Translations under genes and position numbers: made by a program
Notes under the pieces: generated by a model
Database searches by the model: none
The model's input: only the letters and a program-made list of their open reading frames with translations
Told to the model about the DNA's origin: nothing
Assembly: GCA_965153355.1 (NCBI GenBank)
Contig: OZ231126.1
Location: 37,758,001-37,822,000, forward strand
Origin: Flaccisagitta enflata
Taxonomy: Eukaryota
DNA: 64,000 nucleotides
Reading direction: 5' to 3'
In this document: piece by piece, positions 1-11,580 of the stretch
How the letters are laid out: each line of letters opens with the position of its first letter
Position numbering within the stretch: the stretch's first letter is position 1

Positions 1-213
1 ACTAAAACAAAAAAACAAACAAAGCAAATGTCATCTGCCGATAATAGAAAATATGTTGCCTTTATAAAGGACATTTTGCATTCAATAATGGCGCCATAGA
101 TATGATAACATCAACGACGGGAAACATGATCCGAGGCCTTTAGCCTGCTTAATGTCAATATCCCTTCTAATAGAATTTGCAAAACCCATCACCTCATGAC
201 CTGCCCTTTACTA

Positions 214-812
214 ACAGGTCTCACAAAATTAGGCAGAAAGAGATGAAAACTCGTTGAAAAGAGGGTTAAAAATGGGAATATAATCAATCCAAGTGATGTA
301 TATCACCAATTTATGTTTATTTTATCAACATAATGCGAAAAATTCCCAAAAAAGGAAATGGCTATCCCCTAATGAACGTAAATATGCTGATGAGTCAAAG
401 GCAAACAAATTTGAGATTGACACACTATTCTTATTGTTTATGCTCGACTTCACCTTCAATTCCTCAACTGCTGTCAACATACGCGGCTTTTTGTCTGCGT
501 GACTGACTTTCCTGTATCCATCTATCACACGATAAATGGCGATTTTTTTGTATTCCATCTTCTTAAAATGACGAACGGTAAACATTTTCCACTCTGCTGC
601 ATTTTTCCCGTTAAAATCAGCAATAATCTGACACCTCACTTTTGGTAAAACACCCTCCATCACGCCCTACATGCAGGAAAGTCGCCAACATCGATTTGCT
701 ATGTCAAAATACTGGGTCTTAGCTATCTCCATGTCAAATTTCATCATGCTGAGGGCATTTTTACTATCTATATTGATCACTTTACTTTTCCGCCTAATTT
801 TGTGAGACCTGT
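214..812 (-). mobile_element. Internally deleted Tc1/mariner-type DNA transposon with transposase N-terminal remnant
   Basis: TIR ACAGGTCTCACAAAATTAGGC at 214 and its reverse complement ending 812; TA on both flanks (212-213, 813-814). Minus ORF 325-663 (FTVRHFKKMEYKKIAIYRVI...KKPRMLT...NNKNSVS) resembles a Tc1/mariner HTH N-terminus. Confidence 0.85.
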
Positions 813-1337
813 TATCTTGGAAAAAAGTCTATGTTTTCCAATAAGAAGTGATAAGTACACGTACACTTCAAGTACTGCACTGTTAGGTAGGAAAAATTAG
901 ATTTTCAGAAACTGCTTCAAAAGTTCCATGATTTAGGAGCAGTCCCAATACTGTGTCTCAAAGCGATTATAAATGAGAGCAGTTTGAAGATAACAACCCT
1001 GTTTTGAAAATGCAGCAGAATGGTGAATCTGTACTGGTGAGCGGATTTATTAACAAGTAAGTCACCATATTGTTTTGGTTGATTTAGTTCATCATTTGGG
1101 ATTTTAACATCAACCAACATATAAGTGTCCCCAAGGTTATGGTTAAGTCCCAATCTCACTCCAGTTGAAAACGTTTTGCCTAGAATCAAGTGTCTGGAAC
1201 AGGAAGAATCAATGATATCAATTGGGTGGCTAAAAAAAATGCACTAAAATCTGCAGTATGATGTCTCAGCATATTTCATGTTGAAACTCAGAAAACTGTC
1301 ACTGAGCCAAATGGAAGCAGTCAAAGTCCCTAGGGAC

Positions 1338-1459
1338 CAGCGGCGTAGGAGGAGGGACTTCAGGGACTTCAATTGCAGTCCCTGCTGTCGGGACACCAAA
1401 GTTGTTGGGACACCAAAGAAGAAGAAAAAAAAGAGAAAGGAAGAAAAAAAAAAAGAAAA

Positions 1460-1556
<97 letters not shown>

Positions 1557-2109
1557 CAACAAACAGACAGAAAGACGGACAAAGAGGAAAAGTAAGAAAA
1601 TATTAATCAATGCTACAATTGTCTTACAACACTGTGAGAACAAATCTTCTTTGTCCAAATATTAGTCAATGCTGCAATTGTCTTACATTACTATAAGTTA
1701 AAGTTATAGATTAAAGGTTAATGCTACAATTGTCATATATTACTTAAAGTTAAAGATTAAAAGCAACTTATAAAGCTATCCAAATTCTGTGGTTTTCAAG
1801 CTTATGTTAGTTTTAGGCAAATAAAGAGGGATGTAGGGGAGCAAAGTAAGTAAAAAAAATGAATTGAAAATAGGTATTTAGGCACAAGCTGTGGCTGACA
1901 GTAAAAAAACTATTTTCTCCTATACCAGGCATGATCAGGCCCCATCCCACTTATCCAAGATCTAAAAAAAAACAAGAGTATGGTAGTAATTACTATTTTT
2001 CACAATTTTCAAGCAAAAACTACATATTATTTTCTGTTGGGACACCAAATTTGTCGGACACTAGTTTGGTGGTTGAAGTCCCAAGAAATCCAGCCCCCCT
2101 ACGCCGCTG
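1338..2109. mobile_element. hAT-like MITE with internal (AG)n
   Basis: TIR CAGCGGCGTAGG...CCTACGCCGCTG; perfect 8-bp TSD CTAGGGAC (1330-1337, 2110-2117). Confidence 0.9.
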
Positions 2110-2322
2110 CTAGGGACATCATATTTATTCAGTAAATGGACTCCATCCTTAAGTGAACGTAGACTCATTTCCTAGGTAGTGGTATAGCCACAGGCCTCTC
2201 AGTTACATTATCTGTTACTATGTGCATATCTCCTTTTCTGTCCTTATTTGTCTGTTATGTAGTCAGTCTCTCTCGTCATACCGCACACGGTCCGTTACTG
2301 TCCTCATCTTATCCGTTCTCAC

Positions 2323-2450
2323 CTGCGGAATCGTATCTGACTTTATGATGACAATTAGTCTCAGGTTCTGCATTTTCTCGATGTGGTCGAGATAAGGATC
2401 CAGGTTTTCGTAATCGTAAACCACGAGCATCGGAAGGCGATGAGCAATGG
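2323..2450 (-). CDS. Exon of ACSL-like long-chain fatty acyl-CoA synthetase: (A)IAHRLPMLVVYDYENLDPYLDHIEKMQNLRLIVIIKSDTIPQ
   Basis: (TC)n tract plus GGCAG acceptor and CAG|GTGAGA donor; 128 nt. Its phase-1 start joins the phase-1 end of exon 3814-3658. Peptide fits the ACSL segment that follows the PLYDTLG-equivalent motif. Confidence 0.8.
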
Positions 2451-2462
2451 CTGCCAGTAAAA

Positions 2463-2549
<87 letters not shown>

Positions 2550-2580
2550 GAGAGTAGAGGCAATGACTGCCAGAATAAAA

Positions 2581-2673
<93 letters not shown>

Positions 2674-2828
2674 GAAAATAAAGACATAATACAAATGATC
2701 ATGGGATTGAAGAACATACAAATCGAAACGTAAGACACGATCAGACACTATGACAGTGAACTATCATAATGACAGAAGGTCCAATATTACACAGTAAAAA
2801 GAGAATGAAAGAAGAAAAAAAGAAAGAA

Positions 2829-3040
2829 AACAGGGACGCGGGGTCACAATATTGTTGCGGACGGGTGGGCAGGGGCATCCAACCCCCAGCCTCACCCCAA
2901 TCCACCCGCAACAATCTAACATACACAAAAAGTATCAAAAATGCTCGTTTTCCCACTTTTCAACTCAATCACCATGACCGACGGACGGACCAACGGACGG
3001 ACGGACAAAGCCTCTTATAGAGTTGCGTGTCCGCAACTAA
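2829..3040 (-). mobile_element. HINE/DINE-1-like element, family B
   Basis: Element strand: TT-AGTTGCGGACACGCAACT 5' hairpin, (GTCC)n, 3' subTIR GTCCGCAAC; second copy at 10027-10320. Confidence 0.75.
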
Positions 3041-3465
3041 AAAGGGAGATCGATTCCCCGTTTGTCGATATTCAACTTTTTTCTGTCTATTCTTTTTCTT
3101 TTTTTTTTAGTGATATCGCCTTTTTTTCAACGAACGGGAAATTTGATGATGGAAAAACGCGAAATCGAAGCGCGAGAAAAATGATTCCGAATAATTCTTT
3201 TGCCATTCTTTTTCGTTTTAACTAGAATGTGTGTCCGTCTCTCTGAAGTTTTATGCTTCTATAACTCAACACAATTGTGTACTTTGCACGAAACACACAG
3301 AAACAGACAGACCGACAAAGGCACGCGCACAGACACACAGCGTACAGACATTCACAGCGCGCACACATAAACAGCGCGCAGACATGCACAGCGTACAGAC
3401 ATACACAACTCACAGACATGCCCAACACACAGACATACACAACACACAGATATACATACCCGGAA

Positions 3466-3597
<132 letters not shown>

Positions 3598-3657
3598 TAC
3601 ATACACACACACAACACACTCATACTCTCTCTCACACACACACACGAATAATCTTAC

Positions 3658-3814
3658 CGATTTCCACTTGATGCCACTCCTCGGTGAATGTTCGATGAAA
3701 CGGCAAGACAACCATGTTGTTCATGAAACACGCGAGTTCCACGATGACTCGTTGAGGACAATTGATGGATTGAATTCCCACTTTCGTGTCATTGCTTGGG
3801 TGAATGCCAAATTC
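3658..3814 (-). CDS. Exon of ACSL-like gene: EFGIHPSNDTKVGIQSINCPQRVIVELACFMNNMVVLPFHRTFTEEWHQVEI
   Basis: TTTCTGCGTTTCAAG acceptor and CG|GTAAGA donor; 157 nt, phase 0 to 1. Matches the ACSL1/5 pattern G..P..D.FVGI.A.NRPEW.I.ELAC....MV.VP. An alternative in-frame acceptor would start the exon at 3832. Confidence 0.88.
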
Positions 3815-4044
3815 CTTGAAACGCAGAAATTCCTGATTTGCTGTAATTTTGAACTGTCACCTCCAATACCAGATTCATCGTAACCATAAGTCTTTATTGA
3901 TAGCATAGATAGCAATTATGAAAATGGATTTTTTCCATCTAAAGTATTGACCCTTTTTCAACATGTATTTGATTCGTCTATGGATCACACATGAAGGTAA
4001 CGCCAAGTCCGCCGCCCATCTAATCGCCCATCTAATCGCCCTCA

Positions 4045-4400
4045 GCCTCCCTAACCCTAATGCTTCCTTCCAGACATTGTCGTGGTCGTGAACATGGCCA
4101 ACAATTCTTCACCCTAATCCCTTGAGCAAACTGAGTAGCATCCTGCCAGACGTCATTAATTGTAGTCATGATCGTGATTACTTACCCAGTTACCCTAATC
4201 CCTTTAGCAAACTGAGTAGCTTCTGTTTAGATGTTGTTGTAGCCATGATATCTTACCCTTATCCCTTGAAGAAAGCAAGTGGGTTCCTTCCAGATGTTGT
4301 TATAATTGTGATAATGATCAACAATTTCTTACCCTAATCCCTTGAGCAAACTGAGTAGCTTCCTTCCAGATATCGTCGTAGTCGTGATCGTGATTGACGA
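4045..4400 (-). repeat. Degenerate tandem array (about 60-80 bp, about 5 copies) of an exon 3' end plus donor site
   Basis: Plus-strand motif ttaccctaatcccttgagcaaactgagtagc..tccagat..tgtagtc recurs at about 4050, 4108, 4190, 4253 and 4329; the last copy is the real exon end. Confidence 0.8.
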
Positions 4401-4512
4401 TTCCTTCTGTGGTTTTCTCGACGGCCACTAGGCAACTGCGGCCCGTGTCTAACAGCATTCCCTTTTTGAATATCTCCAACATGGTTTTCGCGTCATGGTA
4501 GATGATTTTCTC
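4333..4512 (-). CDS. Exon of ACSL-like gene: EKIIYHDAKTMLEIFKKGMLLDTGRSCLVAVEKTTEGIVNHDHDYDDIWKEATQFAQGIR
   Basis: TTTTTCAAG acceptor and AGG|GTAAGA donor; 180 nt, phase 0-0. YHDAKTMLEIFKKG...CL matches the ACSL DAKTMYEVFQRG...CLG pattern. Confidence 0.88.
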
Positions 4513-4572
4513 CTTGAAAAATCAAGACTTAAAAGTGTGAATTAATGAGGGATATTTTTACGAAATCTACAC

Positions 4573-4608
4573 GCATGAATCGACATCCGTAGCCGTAGCT
4601 CGCCGACC
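4573..4608 (-). CDS. Candidate 36-nt microexon of ACSL-like gene (GRRATATDVDSC)
   Basis: GTTTTAG acceptor with CTAAT upstream; weak donor GTGTAG; flanked by 61- and 60-nt introns. Restores ACSL-like spacing between QxV and DAKT. Confidence 0.45.
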
Positions 4609-4669
4609 CTAAAACGAACCTCGGCAGGTGTGCAATCAATTGGATTAGTCTATAAGTGATATCAGCTAC

Positions 4670-4742
4670 GTCTTTTTTTATGACCATTTGTGATTTATCG
4701 AGCCGTGGATGCATAAAGAAGCCAAGTCGCCGCATCATGAAC
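4670..4742 (-). CDS. Candidate exon of ACSL-like gene (FMMRRLGFFMHPRLDKSQMVIKKD)
   Basis: PRLDKSQMV resembles the ACSL P.LD...QSV motif; acceptor ATCAG at 4743, weak donor GTAGCT; 5' boundary uncertain. Confidence 0.45.
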
Positions 4743-4767
4743 CTGATTTGTCTTAACAATAAAGCAC

Positions 4768-4929
4768 CTGATTTCCGCCTTCCTTTAAAGAGTCTTTGGC
4801 TTTGGTTTCTTGTGTCTTGTCCTCAGAAGGAGGTGGTGGTGGAGGAGGAAGAGGAGGAGCAGCCGCCTCCGCTGTCTTGGGTTTATTTTCCCCAGCGTCA
4901 TCAGGGGGCGGTTTTTGAGCATTACGGTT
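4768..4929 (-). CDS. Possible Pro-rich exon (NRNAQKPPPDDAGENKPKTAEAAAPPLPPPPPPPSEDKTQETKAKDSLKEGGNQ)
   Basis: Strong polypyrimidine TTTAAG acceptor and CAG|GTGCTT donor; 162 nt, phase 0-0. No canonical in-phase link to the next exon was found. Confidence 0.3.
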
Positions 4930-4961
4930 CTTAAAAAGGAAAGAAAAATCAAAACAAAACA

Positions 4962-5085
4962 AACAAGGCCAAGTAGGCCAATAGGTGCGACGGTGTGGAG
5001 CGTCGAACGAATGCGTTACAGACCAACCAACCGACTAACCAACCGACGGACACAGCCAGTTATAGAGGTGCTTTGTCGCACCTAA
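4962..5085 (-). mobile_element. Short HINE-like element, family C
   Basis: 5' AGGTGCGACAAAGCACCT hairpin, (GGTT/GGTC)n, 3' subTIR GTCGCACCT, GGCC-TACTT-GGCC stem-loop, TTGTT end. Confidence 0.8.
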
Positions 5086-5176
5086 AAAGCATACCTGATG
5101 CAATGCTGTATGGGTAAGAAAAGTCTCAGTCGAAAATGATTTATTAAAGCGGAGATAACGAAGCTCGCTTTCTTTT

Positions 5177-5367
5177 TTAGTCGCGTGCACGCGACTCTAC
5201 AACCCGCTTTGTCTGTCGGTCGGTCGGTTGGTCGGTCGGTCACACTTTACTTTTTTTATAATTTTATTTCTTTGACGTCACTGCCCCTGCCCAAATGGTC
5301 TGGTGACCTCAAATATGGCCCCTGCCCACCCGCACGCGACTTCGGTAGCCGTGTATCCGGCCTTGTT
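5177..5367 (+). mobile_element. HINE/DINE-1-like element, family A (complete copy)
   Basis: TT-AGTCGCGTGCACGCGACT hairpin, (GTCG)n, subTIR GCACGCGACT, GCCG-TGTATC-CGGC stem-loop, CCTTGTT end; sits in a T-run with no TSD. Confidence 0.85.
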
Positions 5368-5459
5368 TTCATTCATGCTAGTAATCACAGTAATAGGTAT
5401 CAAGTAGTTACGTCTGTCGGACGGTTGGTAAAAAATTGTATTTTATGTTTTTCGTCTTT

Positions 5460-5583
5460 TTAGGTGCGACAAAGCACCTCTATAACTGGCTGTGTCCGTT
5501 GGTCTGTTGGTCTGTCGGTTGGTCGGTAACGCATTCGTTCGACGATCCACACCGTCGCACCTATTGGCCTACTTGGCCTTGTT
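5460..5583 (+). mobile_element. HINE family C copy, inverted relative to 4962-5085
   Basis: Near reverse complement of 4962-5085. Confidence 0.8.
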
Positions 5584-5979
5584 TAATGCTCTTTCACTGA
5601 AGGCTTAACTTTTTCCATCTGACCCGCAAACTTACTATCATTCTTCCTACCATTCATCTTTTTAGACTTTTAATCATAAAGACCCTTAGATCGCGATTCA
5701 CTTACATCTGCTGTTGTGTCCATTTTTTTCTGACTTGAATATCGAAATTTGATTTCACTCCGGGATCATGCTGAATTTAAAAAGCGTATCTAATGATTGT
5801 AAACCAACTCAGAAAGAGGTAAAGATCACCAACAAGTTCGAGCCTCGAATGGGTGGCTGTGAACAGACGGGTGGCATGACTAGTACATGTAGTAGACTAG
5901 TAGAACACCATTACTTGCGTCCATAAATGGCAGGGAAAAAATTGAACGAAATAAAGAAACAGGGAGCGAAAGGAAGAGA

Positions 5980-6003
5980 GAAAGAAAAAGAAAAAAGAAA
6001 GAT

Positions 6004-6090
<87 letters not shown>

Positions 6091-6201
6091 ATGAGAGAAT
6101 GAAAAACGAATAGAGGAAAGGAAAAAAAAGACTGGAAGAAGAAAAAGAAAAAAAGAGAGAAAAAGGAAAGAAAGAAGAAAAGAAATAAAGAAAAGGAAAA
6201 A

Positions 6202-6253
<52 letters not shown>

Positions 6254-6270
6254 AAGATAGAAAGAAAGAA
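5980..6270. repeat. (GAAA)n polypurine microsatellite
   Basis: Direct inspection. Confidence 0.95.
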
Positions 6271-6404
6271 CGAGGAAATAGTGATAGACACAAAGGGACA
6301 AAGAAAAGAAGCAAGTAAGGAAGCAAGAAAGGAAGGCAAAGAGCCGGAAGAGTGATAAAATGGTAATCAAAGGACAGGGAGAAAGAATCTTTGATGGTTG
6401 TGGT

Positions 6405-6520
6405 CGACGGCGGTGGCGACGGCGGTGGCGACGGCGGTGGCGACGGCGGTGGCGACGGCGGTGGCGACGGCGGTGGCGAAGGTGGTGGTTTTGGCGGCGG
6501 CAGTGGCGGCGGTGGCGGCG
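6405..6520. repeat. 12-bp minisatellite (GACGGCGGTGGC)n
   Basis: About 6 perfect units, then degenerate; the same motif recurs at about 7335-7370. Confidence 0.9.
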
Positions 6521-6685
6521 TCTTTTACGGCGTCTGCCCTCTCGGCGTCTTCTTCGACGGCGATGGTGGCGGCGCTCATTGGACCAAATTCACCATCATC
6601 ATCCATGTACCCAGCCCTCCAATCACATTCTCTAAACCACTTCATTTACTACCGCCACCTAAGTGGTCCACCACACAGGTGAGAA

Positions 6686-7185
6686 CCAGGAAAAAAGTCG
6701 AAGTCAGTCTTCGACTTTTTGACTTATTCTAGAGCAACATGTTTTTTATTCGTTTATGCAGAAGTTGGGAGTCTCAATCTATCGATTGGGGCTGCGATGG
6801 TAATTGATATATTTTCAAAAAATTTGAATTGATTTTTTATTCAATTTTTTAGAATTTTAAGTATAGGATAAAAAAAAATGTACCTATGTTTGTTTGAGCA
6901 TACAAGTACAAGAAAACATGTTTATGAGTATAGCTGCTCATCTGTGAGTGGGCTTTTAAGTATTCTTGCTCATTTGTTTTGATACATTTTCAAGCAAGCA
7001 AATACAAGAAATCAGTAAGCATAGTTGGTCATCTGTGTGAGTGAATTTGAATATTTTAGCTTATCTAGCTTATCTGGCTCAATCCTATTTTTCTCTGATT
7101 TTAATTTCAATTAATTTTGCTTAGAGGAGAGTGGCCAGTGTTTACGACTTTTTTCCTCACAGCGATAGCGGCCATTACTGGTAAA
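6686..7185 (+). mobile_element. HINE-like element, family F
   Basis: 5' AGGAAAAAAGTCGAAG..CTTCGACTTTTT hairpin, 3' subTIR CGACTTTTTTCCT, then a GCGATAG.GCC stem-loop; internal GCTCATCTGTGAG sub-repeats; homologous copy at 10886-11580. Confidence 0.75.
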
Positions 7186-7432
7186 CTGTAACCACCACAA
7201 AACGGTGCGATCCATTACATGTTCTCCCCCAATTTACATTTACTATCGTATTCTGCTATGTACGCAGCCAGCCCAACAGACGCATTCCACCACCTAACTT
7301 CTAGTCTTCTACCCTGTTCACGTTTGCGCGGCGGTTACGGTGGCGGTGGCGACGGCGGTGGCGACGGCGTCAATTAGCCTCACCATCATCACTCTCAATT
7401 TACCGCCAAATCGAACGAAAACTTTTTCTCAC

Positions 7433-7586
7433 CACCAGAATCGCAATCTTCGCACTGCTTGGACGAAAAGGGTTTGGTAGGGAGTAAGCAGCTTCGAAAA
7501 GGGTTTTTGAAGGGGCGGTCGAATTCGATCGATATAATCTATTTTTTCGTCCATCCGGTGGACGAAATGGTGATGCCTTTTTTCGC
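7433..7586 (-). CDS. Candidate upstream exon of the ACSL-like gene (MDEKIDYIDRIRPPLQKPFSKLLTPYQTLFVQAVRRLRFW)
   Basis: TTTTGTTTCGATCAG acceptor and TG|GTGAGA donor. The ATG at 7554 gives a phase-2 end that joins the 4742 exon as TG|G (Trp). No homology support. Confidence 0.3.
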
Positions 7587-7727
7587 CTGATCGAAACAAA
7601 AAGTCGATACGAAATGAGACAATGAGCGGCAATGATGCCATTATCAATGGTACACAATGGTGCCGAGCAATTTCCCTATCTTTTTTCTCTTTCTTATCAT
7701 CTTCCTCATCAAATGCCGCTCTCTCCC

Positions 7728-7783
<56 letters not shown>

Positions 7784-8028
7784 GAAAAAATAGCCATTTC
7801 GACCCAACTCGAAAATTCTGCCCAAAAACCGAATCGAAACAAAAGTCGAAACATATCGAAGCTGCTTAGTAGGGAGTTAAGGAGAGGAAGAGGGGGGGGG
7901 GGTCATTTATTGAACATGTTCGGGCAAGAATCGTTATGATATCGCGTTTTGTGGGGGTAATGAGAGCGACGCATCAAATGAGACAAGAAAGCGATGCCGA
8001 TGAACGCTTTGCATTTCAAAACTAGGAT

Positions 8029-8167
8029 ACAAGGCCAAGTAGGCCAATAAGGTGCGACGTGTGGATCGTCGAACGAATGCGATACCAACAGACCAACAGA
8101 CCGACCGACCGACCGACCAACCAACCAACGGACACAGCCAGTTATAGAGGTGCTTTGTCGCACCTAA
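8029..8167 (-). mobile_element. HINE family C copy
   Basis: Same termini and core as 4962-5085. Confidence 0.8.
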
Positions 8168-8392
8168 AAACCAAAACCAAAATGAGAGAAACTTCGTTTC
8201 CTCAAAATGACCGACAGACAGAACCGGAACACTAGTGAAGGTGTTAAAGACTTGAAGTGTATGGACAAGCTGACAGTCAGACAGACAGTCAGACATACAG
8301 CCAGGCGGACAGCCAGAAAAAAATGAACAAGGAATCAAAGGATCACGAAGAGACAAAAACAGTGACACAGACAGACAAAACAAGGCCAAGTA

Positions 8393-8983
8393 ACACATGC
8401 GCCACAGTTAGGCGGAAAATGATCTACTAAGTGAGGAATGAGTCTAATTATTGCCATCAAAAGCCAAAAAAACATCCACATTTGAATGGAGAAAGTATAT
8501 TACCAAATTTAGGGTACAAAAGGCTTCAACAACGTCATAAAGATATCCTATGAATGTAAGAAATAGTGTTTTGCATTTAAACCCGCATAAGCTGCATTTT
8601 AAGAACTGAATTTCTGCATTTTTTCATTCTTTGTCTGTTTCTCCAGTATTGCGCTTTTTAAGGTCCAAAAACTGTGCATTATTCAATCCAATTACTATGA
8701 AATACTCATGGTCACTCTCTGTTACTCAGGGTCCTGTAAAAGTCTTTTAAAGATGATCAAATTTGATAGATTTCAAAGTGGGAAAAATCAGCAATATTTT
8801 GATTTTGAAATTTCAACATGTTGGCTGAAATACCCTATTTATGAATCGAATTATGATTGAATTGTAACACTAAATAAAAATTCTACTAAAAAGCTACCTC
8901 CAGTTCAAATTTCATGGTACTGGAGTTATATTTACTTTGATAACTATGTTCCCTTATTTTCCGCCTAAATGTGGCGCATGTGT
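8393..8983. mobile_element. Tc1/mariner-type MITE nested in a family C HINE (8379-9106)
   Basis: TIR ACACATGCGCCACA(G/T)TTAGGCGGAAAAT; TA TSD (8391-8392, 8984-8985). Removing it restores caaggccaagTAggcca. Confidence 0.88.
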
Positions 8984-10026
8984 TAGGCCAGTAGGCAGTA
9001 AGGTGCGACGTGTGGATCGTCGAACGAATGCTTTACCGACAGAAAGACCGACCAACCAACCAACCGACGGATACAGCCAGTTATAGCTGTGCTTCGTCGT
9101 ACCTCAAAACAAGGGAGACAAAGAGAACAGAGAAAGCCGCGCTGTCACAGTGACCGTTAAAGCCAAAGACGAGGGCGCGTGTGTGTTTTTGACCAATAAC
9201 GCGAGAAAAGAGCCCCGAGCGCGCTCTCTCTCTTTCCGGCCTCGGGCGGGATTAAAAATGGAAGAGAAACAAGTGGCCGGGATCTCATTTAGGCGTCTTA
9301 ATTGACAAGTTGCAAAGAGAGTGGACATTTGGACACCAGGCAGTTGGCTCGTTGGCTTGTGTCGCGTTGGACTATCGCCAGAAGGAGAAACGTCGTTCAT
9401 GCATTTTGAATGGACTAGAGATCAATTGATGAATAGATGGTCGAGGGAGAAAGGGAGAAAGACGCGACGGTGTGCACGTGTTTTTTTTTTTGTAGCTTCG
9501 TTGTCGCTTGGAAAGCGAATATGTATAAGACGGTGTGTCCGTCAGTCGTCCGTACATTAATGGGTAGGTATACTGGTTCATCATGTGATGTTTTGTATCG
9601 CCAAATTGGTCGAAAAGGTCATTTCCTTTCCCTCTCGCGTCGATTTGTTTAGGGTTGGGCCGGCAACAGGAAGGCAAGGTAAAATGCACATCTACAGCAG
9701 GAAAAAGATCCAAACATGAATTGAGAAAGATGGGACCATGTTAAGTGGTCCTAACTGTAGACATGACCCTATACCTAGGATTGTCGGTCCGTTAGTCCGT
9801 CCGTCCGTCGGTCCTCCTTCATTTTGTGGTGTTTACGAGCTCTATGTCCTCAATGTCCCAGCCAAAATGTCTTGGCGACCTTCTTACTTTTTAATTTTAC
9901 CCACCTGCATGCGACTGGCGTTGGCCGCGTAGGCATGTATTCGACCATTTTAAACCTCTAGCGAAACACGCATACCTGGAGTCCAGGTAAGCGCATGCAA
10001 CTTTTTGTAAGCATTCTCCTGGATAC

Positions 10027-10123
10027 AACAAGTGACGCGGGGTCACAATATCGTTGCGGATGGGTGGGCAGGGGTATCCAATCCCCAGCCTCACTCACCC
10101 CACTCCCGCTCCCGCTCCTGCCT

Positions 10124-10214
<91 letters not shown>

Positions 10215-10320
10215 CCAGCATTATAATTGCACGTTTTCAACCAGCGTGTTGGACCAACGAACCAACTGACCAACGGTCGGACGGACAAATCCTCTTACAG
10301 AATTGCGTGTTCGGAACTAA
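10027..10320 (-). mobile_element. HINE family B copy with expanded (CA)n
   Basis: Shares GACGCGGGGTCACAATAT.GTTGCGGA.GGGTGGGCAGGGG and the terminal region with 2829-3040. Confidence 0.75.
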
Positions 10321-10749
10321 AAATTAAAAGTGAAGCAACTCGAGTCCAGTGTGATTGTTTTCATATGTGACGTGTTGAATGCAAGAGCAGTGATTAGAGG
10401 CTTTGGCTCACATCGCTTATACAGTTTAACTAACAACACTCGAACCAAATGATGGAAAACAAGGGACAGCATATGTTCATGGATGCAAGCTAAACGTACA
10501 GTTTACGAAAACGTACAGTTTACGAAAACGCTCAAATATTTCTCTTTCTCTGAGAAGGTCGTATAATTGACAACGACGACCAAACGGCAATAACGACAGG
10601 GGGGACGACGATGGGAACTATGACTTTAACCTTAATTAAAGCCATAAAAAATCCAGAATTCGGCTACGATCGCGCTACCGAATGAGAGGGATAGAAATTT
10701 TCACAGTTTTAGAAACAGATAGACATGAAGAAATAAAGAAAAAAAGAAA

Positions 10750-10859
<110 letters not shown>

Positions 10860-10885
10860 AGAGAGAGAGAGAGAGAGAGTATTTG

Positions 10886-11580
10886 GGAAAAAAGTCGAAG
10901 CCAATCTTCGACTTTTTGACGTATTCCAGAGAAACAGTTTTTATTTTTCATTTGAAAATTGAGTATTTCAATTGATCGAAAATTATCCATGATGAAATTG
11001 ATAATGTAGGTAAATTTGATAATTTTCTTTCATTTTATGCTCAGCAGAATGCTCTACGATATATATTTTTTTAGTAATAATTTTTTCAATGTTTTTTCAA
11101 AAAAGTTCAGAATGGTTTTTTATTCTAATTTTTTATGATTTTAAAAATCAAAAAAGAATTGTGCTGTTTTTATTAAGCATGAGAGTACAAGAAAACATTT
11201 ATTTGAGCATAGCTGCTCATCTGTGAGGGTGTTTTCGCATATTTCAGCTCATTTAGCTCATTTAGCTCAGTCTTTCTGTTCTGATTTCAAACACAATGAA
11301 TGAAAAAATATTTTGATTCATGTTTGAGCATATGAACACAAAAAACATGTGAGTGAGCCTTGTTGCTTAGCTGTGAAAATTATTTTAGATATTTCAGCTC
11401 ATGTAGCTCACTTAGCACAGCCCTATTTTTCTCTGTTTTAAAGTGCGATCAATGCATGTAAATGCTCATAATCAAGTGAAACAACCACAAAAATTTACAG
11501 TGATTAAAGAAAAAAAATTGGTAGAAATAGTCTGAATACAATTTTTTTTTCTCACGGCGATAGTCGCCATGAATGGTAAG
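10886..11580 (+). mobile_element. HINE-like family F copy
   Basis: GGAAAAAAGTCGAAGCCAATCTTCGACTTTTT start, CTCACGGCGATAGTCGCCATGAATGGTAA end, and more GCTCA sub-repeat units than 6686-7185. Confidence 0.7.

Noticed and set aside
60..140. Minus-strand FPVVDVIISMAPLLNA, resembling the ACSL DVLISFLPLAH motif
   Set aside because: The frame is bounded closely by stop codons, there are no good splice sites, and the P-loop exon that should precede it was not found.
6360..6732. Gly-rich, Arg-Trp or ATAV-repeat ORFs
   Set aside because: A 12-bp GC-rich minisatellite open in several frames; no convincing splice sites or domain.
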